A stretch of DNA of 64,000 bases from Vampirovibrionales bacterium (GTDB lineage: Bacteria > Cyanobacteriota > Vampirovibrionia > Vampirovibrionales > Vampirovibrionaceae): contig JBDIVN010000009.1 in NCBI GenBank assembly GCA_039794365.1, positions 70,833 to 134,832 of the forward strand. The letters run 5' to 3'. The notes under the pieces were generated by a model that made no database searches, was not told the origin of the DNA, and worked only from the letters and a program-made list of their open reading frames with translations. The translations under genes were made by a program, and so were the position numbers. The stretch's first letter is position 1. Every line of letters begins with the position of its first letter. Positions 29,001 to 38,845 of this stretch are shown piece by piece.

Positions 29001-32000
29001 TCGCCGAGGGTGAGGGTTTGTCCGGCAGCATCAAAACGACCACTGTTGCCGAAGTCCAGGTTGTAGGCTCCGGCCCCGGCGCCGGAAACGTCCAGGTTCC
29101 CGATGATGTCGATATCTCCCCCACCCCGGATCAGGAGGGTATCGGCGGTAATCCGGGCGAGTTCCTGCGAGGAGATGTCGAGAATGCCTGCCGTATCGGC
29201 GTTGTCAACGGCGCCGCCAATCTGTGTCGTTTTGTTGCTGGCGCGGCGCAGCGTCACATTGCCTGTCCCGGCGTTAACGGACTGGTTGATATCCATCTGG
29301 GAGCCTTCCAGGTGGATGTTGCCCCCATTGGATGTCAGCACGTTGTTGATGACGAGGTTGCCGGCATTACTGCCATTATTGTCGGCAATCAGAGTCATGT
29401 TGGGACCATTTGTCGTAATCGTGCCGTTCGTGGTGAAGTTACCGTCGGTGGCCATGCTGATGCCACCGGGGCCGCTGGTGTTGATGGTCGTGTTGGTGTG
29501 GTTGATCTCGATATAGTTTGTGGCGGTCCAGTCGATGGCTCCGGCGTCGATGTCGGCAAATTCGGTAGTCGTGTAGCCAATCTGGATATAGTCGGTCATA
29601 TTGGCCGTAAACGTTCCGCCGCCTAAATTGATGGTGCTGAATGAGTTGCCGCCACCGTTGCCGTCAATGTGGATAGCGTCCCCTGTGGCGGTCCAGCTGC
29701 CGCCGTTGGTAAGGATGCTGGACCCTGCGCCGGTGTCAAACCGTCCGGTCCCGCTGCTGTTGGTATCGGTGACGGAGGTTATTGCGCCGCCGTTGGTATT
29801 GATGGCGCCGTTCATGAAGATGTTGTTGCCGGACATGAACAGGGCACCGCCCCCGGTGTTGACTGTTCCAGTCGAACCGATGGTGAGGTTGCCGTTGCCG
29901 TCGTCGTTGAAATCACCGTCCAGGGTCAGGGTGGCGTTGTTGAGGCTGATGCTGCCGCCAATGACGGCATGACGCCTTGCGTTCAGTGTGGTTCCGTTGC
30001 TGTTGGTGATGCTCCCCGTGCTGGACATAATGATTTCATCGGAGAAATCCGCCTGAATCAGTCCGGCGTTCTGGATAGTTCCGTTGAGAAACAGGTCATC
30101 ACCGCTCATGGTGATGTTGCCACCGCCAGTATCCACAATGCTTCCGTTTGCGATGGTTACATCCGAGACGCCGCTGATTTCGCGGGAGTTCAGGGTGAGT
30201 GAGCCTCCTGAGGTGGTAATGGTGCCGCTGTTGATATTGAGATATTCGCCCTCGATCAGGAGGCTGCCGCCGCCGGTTGCGATGGAGGCGTTAATACCGA
30301 CATCGCCGCTGGCATCCAGGTCTCCGTCGGCATTCAGGATGAGGTTCCGGCCTGCGGTATCCAGCGAGCCGTTGATAAGGATGTTGTTCGCCGACTCCAG
30401 TTTCAGATCATAAACGCCGTTAAGGGTCAGATTCTCGTTGACCGAAACATCGCCCACAGCCCAGTAGGCTCCGATGATCACATCGCCCGCATTCAGCCGG
30501 TCCAGTTCCGCCTTGGAAATATCCATGACCCCCGGTCCATCGGCATTATCCACCGACCCTCCTACCGTGATGTCGTTTCCCCATCCTGTCAGCCAGATGC
30601 TCCTTGCCGGACCGACATCAATTGTGTTGTTAATGTCAATAGCGAGGGAATCAAGATAGACATTGGCGTTGCTGGTGATGGCGCCGTCGATGGTGACGGA
30701 GATGTCGCTGGCCAGATCGAACCATCCGCCGATGTTGGGACCGATGGTAAAGTCCTCGTTGACCGTAATGGCTCCGCTTCCGCCAACGTTGACCGCTCCG
30801 ATGTTGACGGATACGTTCGCCCCGCTGTTAATGCGGTTGATTTCCGCCTGGGAGATGTCGAGCACGGCGGCGGAATCGGCATTATCGACAGAACCGCCGA
30901 CATGGATGTCCTTGCTGGCGAAGGAGCCAATGTAAAGCCACGTCTGCACGCCCGGATCGCCGATATCCACGGTGGCGTTGATGTCGATCTGGGAACCCAT
31001 GAGCTGGATTTCGCCACCGTTGGAAGACACGGTATCGTTGATGGTGAGGGTGCCGCTGTTGTTACCGTCGGCGTCGGCCCAGAGGCGGATGGCGGCGTTG
31101 TTGGTGGTGAGCGGGGCGTTGATGGTGATGTCGTTGTTGGCCTCAAGGGTCAGGGAGACGTTGGCGTTGCCGGTGGCAACGGAGGTATCGAAGGCGCTGT
31201 TGACGATGATGTCGTTCGTGGCCTGGAGCCAGATGTCGCCGAAGCCGTCAAACGAGCCGCCGGCTTGCGGGTCATAAGTCTCCAGGGCACCGCCGTCGGC
31301 AAAGGCAACGTCCACGCAGCCCACACAGTCAGCAGGGTCCGGTGAGCCTCCGGCGTTGTCGATGATGATATCCACCGGGTCAATGAGGATGCGTCCTCTC
31401 TCGTAGCCTTCGGTCGCATGGCCCCGTGCCTGTCCTTGAAAATACACGGTTTCCAGGCCGCTCACCTCGACGAAGCCTGCATTACCCGAAACGGAGCCGC
31501 CGCTGACGTCAATCACCGCGCCGTTGCGGAAGTAGGTGTTCTTGTCGGACCAGATCAGCATCTCGCCCGCATTGCTGTTTTCGCCCGCGCCTTTGACGGA
31601 GGTGTAGCTGTCGCTGGTGAGCGCGGTCCCCTGGGTGGAACTCAGTTCCACGTAGCCGCCGGTGCCGCCCTCGTAGCCTTCGGAGAGAATGTTTCCCGAC
31701 TGGATGAGCCAGTCGGCGTGGAGGGAGACCAGTCCGCCGTCCGGATTGAGTTCTGAACCGCTGGCGTCCAGCGTCCCGCTGTTTTCGACGATGGCCTGCT
31801 GATCGGCGGAATGGCCGCGAAGGCGGATGACGCCGCCTTCCTCCGTGGCGGTGACGGCGCGGATGACGCCGTCGTTGTTGACCACGCGGCTGTAGAGGTT
31901 CTCGGCCAGCTCGGTCTGCAGCTCGATGGTTTTGGATTCAATGGTGCCGCTGTTGGAGATGGCGTGCTGAACCTCGTCCACCTTGGCCAGCAGGGCCTCG

Positions 32001-32782
32001 TCGATGATAACCTCGACAGCCTGGGTGTCCGAGACATTGACCCGGATCTTGTCTCCGGCGGCCAGGTGCACCGTGCCGTCCGGCACGAAGATGTTGCCGC
32101 TGTTCTCCACGGCGGAACCGGCCAGCACCACGTAGCCGCCGGGCATCGCCGAGATGCTCCCCTCGTTGATGACGGCGGCGGGGTTGTCGCCGTTGCGGCT
32201 GAAGGCCCAGTTGCCGCTCAGGTAGTCCTGGTCGGCGATGTTAAGGCTGGAGGCGATGAAACTCCCCGTGTTGATATTGGCGGTGGCGCCGATGTTGATT
32301 CCGGCGTTGTTGGACAGCAGGACCGTTCCGTTGCTGTTGAGGTTCCCCATGATGCTGGAGGGTCCGCCGCCGATGACGCGGTTCAGGATGCTGGCGGTGC
32401 TGTTGAGCAGGAAGAAGTTGACCGTTTCTCCCCCGGCGATGTTGAAGGACTGGTAGTTGACGATGGCCTGGCTGGAACTGGAGTGGACGTTCAGCGTACT
32501 GCCGTCCACCTGGAACGTGACATCCCCCGACACGACCTCCCATCCAGCTGGCAACGCGAGGGCCTGCTGGACCAGCATCAGCAGCACCAGAACGAAGGCC
32601 AGCGCCGACTGCGCTCCCTGCCGGATGACCGTGCGGGCGTTCAGATTACTGAACAGGGCTGACAGATTCGGGAGGAAGTCATCCTCGTGGGTGGTGAACA
32701 GCCGAAATTTGCCGCCGGATAAGGTAAAAATCCGGTGGCAGTTTTTCCTGCCACGAATAATCAAGCTGTCTTGTCTGTCCAT
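20037..32782 (-). CDS. Giant filamentous-haemagglutinin-like (TpsA-type) adhesin with C-terminal YVTN beta-propeller, split by a 1-nt frameshift at about 25506 (4,248 aa if restored)
   Basis: Extended signal peptide ending ..QALA; haemagglutination-activity domain (ILNRVIGG, GNLNSNGTVLLSNNAG); G/T/N/D/I-rich beta-helix repeats; YVAN repeats; one added G joins ORFs 25445..32782 and 20037..25382. Confidence 0.88.
25490..27920 (-). repeat. Three large internal repeats in the adhesin gene
   Basis: GATCCACCTGGTC anchor at 27745, 26668 and 25681 (spacing 1077 and 987 nt); first two copies nearly identical over about 500 nt. Confidence 0.9.
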
Positions 32783-32955
32783 CGCCTCGGTGATAGGAGC
32801 TTTGCTGCCATTAAACCCTCATGTATATTTTCGGCAGTTAACCCTATCCCTGAAGGAGATGGACGCTATTTAGAGTGTTCAGATGAAGAAGTGTAAATCC
32901 GCTGGCAGAGAAGTCCTTCTCTGCGTGGTTTTTAGGGTTCCCCCCTTTTGTGAGG

Positions 32956-33540
32956 TCAGTTTTTCTTGAAAGGAACGTTCGTATCCTTGCCGACCCCCAT
33001 GAAATGCTTTTCCACGAAGGTCATGACGCCTTCAAGAAGGCCCCAGTCCACGCCGCTGATGAACGCATCGACTTCCGCCTTCCGCAGGTCGTGTTTTAAC
33101 TCCAGTTCCGCTTTCATGGCCGGGGTCAGGGTGCCCGGATTCCGCTGGACATCCTCGAGGTGCCAGACGTACCCCTCCAGTTCCCCGGCGTCCAGAAAGA
33201 TTCCGTGACATTCCGGGCAGCTGTCCATCACGATTTTCGAGTCGAAGTACCACTCGTAACGCTCCAGGGTCAGGCCATGCAGCGGGCAGTGCCTGTCCGG
33301 GTCCGCCATGGCTTCTTTCACGCAGCGCTCCTCGTATTCGCCTTCAAAGACCGGATCGATATTGGGGAGGTCATCCGCCTCCTCGATGGCTTTCATCTCG
33401 CCATAGTCGAACCAGATGCCCTTGCATGAGCCGCAGATATCCGTCTCGATGCCCCGCCACTCGAAGGGTTCCATGGTCCCGCTGCAGGCGGGGCATTTCA
33501 GTTGCACCGCGGTTTTCGAGGTCTCCTTTCTGGAAAACAT
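32956..33540 (-). CDS. Tandem zf-TFIIB-like zinc-ribbon protein
   Basis: CPAC...IETDICGSCKGIWFDYGE and CPLH...DSCPECHGIFLDAGE. Confidence 0.82.
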   Translation of the reverse strand: MFSRKETSKTAVQLKCPACSGTMEPFEWRGIETDICGSCKGIWFDYGEMKAIEEADDLPNIDPVFEGEYEERCVKEAMADPDRHCPLHGLTLERYEWYFDSKIVMDSCPECHGIFLDAGELEGYVWHLEDVQRNPGTLTPAMKAELELKHDLRKAEVDAFISGVDWGLLEGVMTFVEKHFMGVGKDTNVPFKKN

Positions 33541-33647
33541 TTTTGATACCCCCTGCTTGAAAACTCTAGCTGTTGATTTCCCGATTTTGGGCAGCGTTAA
33601 ACAGCGAAACCGAAAAAGGTGTATTCCATTGGGCCGGATGCGTTAGA

Positions 33648-36600
33648 ATGGAGGCTGCGAAGGCTTGTAACCAGCATAATGAGAATCAGGCGACCGTGTT
33701 GACCCACCAGGATATTTTCAGACAAATCCGTGATCAGTTGCCGCGTGTGCGGGAGCAGGATATTCCGGTGACCCTGGAAACGCTCCCGGCGGTGAAACGC
33801 GAGGGCAATGGCGCCGTCGCCACGAAAACCGTCCGAAAGGACTCTGCGCTGGCTGTGGATGTCCGGCTTCTGGGGGCCATGCTGGGCCGGGTCATCTATG
33901 ATCACAAGGGCGAGGCCTTTTTCCGGTTTATCGAGAACCTGAGGTTCACCGCGAAACGCACCCGTGAAAAGGACGGCTCCGTCAACCGGCAGGCGTTCGG
34001 GGCCATCGTCCGTGAATCCCTGGACCATCTGTCCCCTGAGGAGCGTATCCAGTGGCTGGATGACGCCGCCGTTGCCTTCCAGCTTTTCCTGACCCTGACC
34101 GGCATTGCCGAAGGCTACCATCAAAGCCTGCAGTTCATCCAGGACGAGAAGGGGGTCTATTCCGCCGTGCGGGAACTCCAGGCGGGAGGGGAACCTCTGG
34201 ATGACCTGACCGAGGTAATCAACCGGATGCAGGTGCGGCTGGTGGCCACGGCCCACCCGACAAAAATTCTGCGGCACATCATTCTGCGGCATCATCGGGG
34301 GATTTTCCACCTGTTGAGCCAGCTTCACCGTTGCGGGCTGTCCGAGGCATCCCAGCAGGAAATTCTCGATGAGCTGATGGAGAAGATCGAAATGCTGTGG
34401 GCGTCCGAATTCAGCCGTTGGCAGACCCCCACCGTCATCGACGAGGCCCGCCACGTTCTCAGCTATTTTCGTCATACCCTTTACCATACGGTGGTCCGGC
34501 TGGACAGTCGCCTGCACCGTTCGCTGCAGTCGGGTTACGGCGAATGCCCGCTGTCGCGCATCTCTGAAAAACCCCTGATTACCTTCGGAAGCTGGGTTGG
34601 CAGCGACATGGACGGGAACCCGAACGTCAATGCCGACTCGTTCAGCGAGATCCTGGGCCTGCAATTCCAGACCATCCTGCAACTCTATGCCGATGAGCTG
34701 GTGGAAATGGCGCCCAAGATTACCCATTCCGTCTATCGCTTCGAGCCGAGCGATGTGTTAAAAGCTTCTCTAACCCAGGATCTTGACGAAATGGTGGAGG
34801 CCGGTCTGCCTCTCAGGGACTTCAGGGCCGGAAGCCGGAGGGAACCCATCCGCGTCAAGCTTCTGCTGATGGCTGAGCGGCTTCAGCACACCCTTGCCTA
34901 TCCGCCTCTGACCCATGTAACGCCGGAACCGCTGTTTGTCTACCATAGCCCGAAAGAGCTTCTGGCGGATGTGCAGCTCATGATCGATTCCCTGACCGGT
35001 GCGGGGTACGAGCGTTCCGTTCACCTGTGGCTGGAAACCTTTGCCCGGAAAGTCCGGATCTTCGGCTTCCACCTGGCGGCGATGGACCTGCGCGAGGATG
35101 CCGAAAACATCAGCGCCGCCGCGGACATTATCCTGGCCGTTTCCCATGGCCGGGATGAGGACATGGACGAGGCGGATTCGGTATCCGCCCTGACGGCGGC
35201 CATCCTGTCGCCCACCGTCGTCCAGCCGAGAAAGCTGGATTTCATGAAAGACAAGGCCCTGAAGCTCTTTGGAGAGCAGAAAGGCTGGTGTACCCAGCGT
35301 CTGCTCGATATGTTGATGGTGGTGCGCCAGGCCCACGAATTTCTGGGTCCGGAGTCCTCGAAAAACCTGATTATTTCCATGACCTCCTCCCTGCAGGACA
35401 TGCTTTCCGCCCTGCTGCTGCTGAAAACGCGGGGTCTGTTTTTCCAGGACGTGGATGAGGCCTGCGTCAGCGACATGGACATTGTGCCCCTGTTCGAGAC
35501 CATCGATGCGCTGGACCGGGCGGCGGCCATCATGGACGAGGCGTTTTCCAACGAAGCCTACCGTCTTCACCTGCAATGCCGTGGCAATCAGCAGCTTATT
35601 CTGCTGGGATACAGTGACAGCAATAAAGACGGCGGCTATTTCACCAGCAACTGGTTGCTGTACAAGTGCCAGCAGGAGCTGATGGCCGTGGGTGAAAAGC
35701 ATGGCGTCGCCGTCCGGTTCTTTCATGGCCGGGGCGGTAACATTGGCCGTGGGGGTGCGCCCACCCACCGGGCGGTACAGGCCCTGCCACCGGGTAGTGC
35801 CCGGTTCGGGCAGGATCTTACCGAGCAAGGCGAGGTCCTTTCGCGCTATTACAACATTGCGGAAATCGCCCAGGCTCACCTGGAAAACATCTATTCCGCC
35901 CTCCTCAAGAAGAACGTCTGCCCGGAGACCCCGGCACGGGACGCCTGGGTTGAGGCGGCGGAATGGCTGTCCGCCCATTCGTTCCGGAAATATCGGGCCT
36001 TCATTGAGCATGAGCATTTTATCGAATACTTTGAGAACGTGACGCCCCACGAGGTGGAGTTGGTAAAAATCGGCTCGCGTCCCTCCAAGCGGCGGCAGGC
36101 GTCGTCGATTCGGGATCTGCGGGCCATTCCGTGGGTTTTCCGCTGGTTCCAATCCCGGCAGATTGTTCCCGGCTGGTACGGTATGGGTACGGCGCTGGAG
36201 CGTTTTCTGGATGAGAACCCTGGCAACGAGGCGCTGCTTAAGGACATGTTCGGGCGCTGGCCGTTTTTCGGCAGCCTCATCAACAACTGCGAAATTACCC
36301 TCTCCCAGACGGATCTCGGCATCGCCCGCCATTATATGGGGCTGGCGGAGGACCAGGCGTCTGCCTCGGCCATTCTGGCGGATATTGAGGCTGAGTTTGA
36401 CCTGACCGTACGGATGGTCCGGAAAATCACCGGCGCTCCCCTGCTCAGCAAGCCGGAAGACGAACCGCTGGCCCATTCTATTTTCCTTAAATCCCCGTAT
36501 CTCGACCCCCTGAACTTCATTCAGCTCTACCTGCTGGAAGATTACCGGGATCTGTTGGAACGCGAGCGCACCGCCGACGAGCAGATCACCCTGGAAAACT

Positions 36601-36662
36601 ACCAGCGTGCCATCGTCTCCAGCATTGAGGGCATCGCCATTGGCCTGGGTACATCGGGTTAA
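33648..36662 (+). CDS. ppc: Phosphoenolpyruvate carboxylase
   Basis: TAHPT, GYSDSNKDGG, FHGRGGNIGRGG, TEQGE, LRAIPWVF; start uncertain. Confidence 0.93.
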   Translation: MEAAKACNQHNENQATVLTHQDIFRQIRDQLPRVREQDIPVTLETLPAVKREGNGAVATKTVRKDSALAVDVRLLGAMLGRVIYDHKGEAFFRFIENLRFTAKRTREKDGSVNRQAFGAIVRESLDHLSPEERIQWLDDAAVAFQLFLTLTGIAEGYHQSLQFIQDEKGVYSAVRELQAGGEPLDDLTEVINRMQVRLVATAHPTKILRHIILRHHRGIFHLLSQLHRCGLSEASQQEILDELMEKIEMLWASEFSRWQTPTVIDEARHVLSYFRHTLYHTVVRLDSRLHRSLQSGYGECPLSRISEKPLITFGSWVGSDMDGNPNVNADSFSEILGLQFQTILQLYADELVEMAPKITHSVYRFEPSDVLKASLTQDLDEMVEAGLPLRDFRAGSRREPIRVKLLLMAERLQHTLAYPPLTHVTPEPLFVYHSPKELLADVQLMIDSLTGAGYERSVHLWLETFARKVRIFGFHLAAMDLREDAENISAAADIILAVSHGRDEDMDEADSVSALTAAILSPTVVQPRKLDFMKDKALKLFGEQKGWCTQRLLDMLMVVRQAHEFLGPESSKNLIISMTSSLQDMLSALLLLKTRGLFFQDVDEACVSDMDIVPLFETIDALDRAAAIMDEAFSNEAYRLHLQCRGNQQLILLGYSDSNKDGGYFTSNWLLYKCQQELMAVGEKHGVAVRFFHGRGGNIGRGGAPTHRAVQALPPGSARFGQDLTEQGEVLSRYYNIAEIAQAHLENIYSALLKKNVCPETPARDAWVEAAEWLSAHSFRKYRAFIEHEHFIEYFENVTPHEVELVKIGSRPSKRRQASSIRDLRAIPWVFRWFQSRQIVPGWYGMGTALERFLDENPGNEALLKDMFGRWPFFGSLINNCEITLSQTDLGIARHYMGLAEDQASASAILADIEAEFDLTVRMVRKITGAPLLSKPEDEPLAHSIFLKSPYLDPLNFIQLYLLEDYRDLLERERTADEQITLENYQRAIVSSIEGIAIGLGTSG

Positions 36663-36664
36663 CG

Positions 36665-37579
36665 TTATTTCCGTGGGGTCTTCTGTTGTGGCTGGGGCTG
36701 TTGGTTGGCTTGCTGCCATGCAAGGTTGAGCAGGGCCGAGAGGGTTTCCTGCGCCCTGGTCATCCGGGACAGCAAGATAGGTCGGAACGCCGTTCGCAGG
36801 GCCGTGCTGCAGGCATAGGGATTGGCGGCTGCCCAGGGATTGGCAAGGCATGTCTGCTGGGCCTGCACGATATCGTACACGGCCAGGTGGCTTTCCAGAA
36901 CCTGCCGTTTCAGGAACGGCTCCAGGGTTTCGGCGGTCAATTCGGGCAGAGGGCTTGTCTTTGGAGGGTTTGCCAGTTGTGCCAGGTCGTTGGGCGTAAG
37001 CACGGCCTGTTCCAGGAAGGCATGGATGCCGGATTGGGGAAATGCGGGATGAATGGGCCAGTCATGATAAGTCGTGCTGTGCAGGGGCATGAACAGATCG
37101 CCCACATAGTGGGAGAGCCGTCCGATGGCATCGCTGAGGGCCAGTTGGAGCGTTTCTTTCTGGCCTGCGTCCTGGGTTTCGATGACCTGCCGCATCAGGC
37201 GCCGGGTATCGCGATAGGCCGTCAGAGTGGCGGTGACGACTGTTTCTCCCTGGGGAAGAGCAGGGCCGTTGCCCGGCGGGTTCTGCCACAGGCCGGCCAG
37301 CCACTGCCGGGCGTTGGGGTTGAAGTGCCGGAAAATGAAGTCCAGGGGCAGGGGGCCGTTGCCGGAAAATCGGTTGACCGGAAGCTCAAGGTTGATGAAG
37401 TGGTGCGGGCCTTTGTGATAGATGTCCTGGCTGTCGTCGGAGGCGGCGATGAACGGGCGGCTTTCCTGTAGAAACGGTTTCAGGGGCGTCTGGGGCAGGC
37501 GGTTGAAGGCGCCTTCGCGAATGGCGCCATGTCCGCGGCTGTCCCAGCCGAATCTCGGAGTGGTGTCGGAAATGCCCAA
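36665..37579 (-). CDS. S1/P1 nuclease / Zn-dependent phospholipase C fold protein with short non-Sec leader
   Basis: W-D-S-R-G-H start motif, D..HHFIN, HYVGDLFMPLH, IHAFLE; probable TTG start at 37579 behind CAGGGG (ORF is open to GTG 37705). Confidence 0.8.
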   Translation of the reverse strand: MGISDTTPRFGWDSRGHGAIREGAFNRLPQTPLKPFLQESRPFIAASDDSQDIYHKGPHHFINLELPVNRFSGNGPLPLDFIFRHFNPNARQWLAGLWQNPPGNGPALPQGETVVTATLTAYRDTRRLMRQVIETQDAGQKETLQLALSDAIGRLSHYVGDLFMPLHSTTYHDWPIHPAFPQSGIHAFLEQAVLTPNDLAQLANPPKTSPLPELTAETLEPFLKRQVLESHLAVYDIVQAQQTCLANPWAAANPYACSTALRTAFRPILLSRMTRAQETLSALLNLAWQQANQQPQPQQKTPRK

Positions 37580-37799
37580 AACGGTTGTCCCCTGGTGGTG
37601 TGGTTTGATCCGGCCATGCTGGCGGATCTCTCTCTGATCACTGTCCTCTTTAAAACCGCTGAAGCGGGTTTTGTGACAGTTTTTTTCAGGACTTGCCGGT
37701 TGCACAATCGGACGGTTCGTGGCATTTTTAGGGGACCGGGCAATTCTTCATCCGGTTTTGATTTTTTCAGTGTGATAACCGTTTTGAAAGTCCCCTTCC

Positions 37800-37862
37800 A
37801 TGACCTCATTCATCCACGCCAGCGTCCATCATCCTCATCACCACCGTTTTCGGTGCTGGTAA
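37800..37862 (+). CDS. hisL: His operon leader peptide MTSFIHASVHHPHHHRFRCW
   Basis: 20-codon ORF with 6 His codons (5 within 6 positions) upstream of a terminator and hisG. Confidence 0.88.
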   Translation: MTSFIHASVHHPHHHRFRCW

Positions 37863-37912
37863 TCGCTTGGCTTGATGAATCCTGTAATTTTTGATTTTTA
37901 ACGCTTCAACCG

Positions 37913-37951
37913 ACGAACCGCCAGCCCTGAAAGCCCCGGCGGTTCGTTTTT
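37913..37951 (+). terminator. His attenuator terminator
   Basis: ACGAACCGCC...GGCGGTTCGT + TTTT, 18 nt before the hisG start. Confidence 0.85.
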
Positions 37952-37969
37952 GTAATCAGGAGTTTGCCA

Positions 37970-38845
37970 ATGTCCGACAAGTTGAAAATGGTGATCCCCA
38001 AAGGCCGTCTGCAGGAGAAGGTCGAGGCCCTGCTGGCCCGCGTGGGCATCGAACTGATGTTCAGCACGCGCAGCTACCGGCCGGTTTGCTCCGACCCGGA
38101 CGTGGAGGTCAAGCTGGTCAAACCCCAGAACATCCCCGCCCTCATCAGTCTGGGCCGTCACGACTGCGGCTTTACCGGCCTGGACTGGATCATCGAGCAG
38201 GACTTTGCCGACGACCCAAACCTGGTGGAGTTGGTGGATCTCGGCTACAACAAGGTCCGCATCGTTGCCGCCGTACCGGAAGATCTGGCTGAGAACGACG
38301 CTTATAAAACCCGCAAGAAGCTGGTCATCGCCTCCGAGTATCACAAGCTGGCGGCGGACTACGTGAAAAAGCAGGGCCTGGACGCCATCCTCATCAAGAC
38401 CTACGGTGCCACGGAAGCCCTGCCGCCGGAAGACGCGGACATGATCATCGACAACACCTCCACCGGCTCCACGCTGGTGATGAACCGCCTGGTCATCGTG
38501 GACGAGCTGCTGGCCTCCACCACCCGTTTCATCAGCAGCCGCCAGGCCATGGATGATGCCAAAAAGGGCGACAAACTGCGGAAGATCCGGATGCTGATGG
38601 AAAGCGTCCGCATGGCGGATAAAAAGGTCCTGCTGGAGATGAATGTGGCGGCGGACAAGTTCGAGCAACTGGTCAGCCACCTGCCCAGCATGCGCTCCCC
38701 CACCGTCTCGCCCCTCTACCAGGAGAAAGGCTATGCCGTCAAGGTGGCCGTGCCGTCCTCCGAGGTGCCGCTGCTCATACCGGAACTGGTAAAATTGGGC
38801 GCAACGGATATTCTTGAATACAAGCTGGAGAAGATTGTTCCATGA
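37970..38845 (+). CDS. hisG: ATP phosphoribosyltransferase, long form
   Basis: IPKGRL, GFTGLDW, YGATEA, DMIIDNTSTGSTL; C-terminal regulatory domain (PSMRSPTVSPL). Confidence 0.95.
   Translation: MSDKLKMVIPKGRLQEKVEALLARVGIELMFSTRSYRPVCSDPDVEVKLVKPQNIPALISLGRHDCGFTGLDWIIEQDFADDPNLVELVDLGYNKVRIVAAVPEDLAENDAYKTRKKLVIASEYHKLAADYVKKQGLDAILIKTYGATEALPPEDADMIIDNTSTGSTLVMNRLVIVDELLASTTRFISSRQAMDDAKKGDKLRKIRMLMESVRMADKKVLLEMNVAADKFEQLVSHLPSMRSPTVSPLYQEKGYAVKVAVPSSEVPLLIPELVKLGATDILEYKLEKIVP

Noticed and set aside
34770-36851. Long antisense ORFs (also 58752..60158 +, 6508..7371 -, 9733..10563 -, 12096..13295 -, 33597..34727 -, 50466..51638 - and many over the adhesin)
   Set aside because: They lie opposite well-supported genes; long shadow frames are expected in GC-rich coding DNA and show no motifs.
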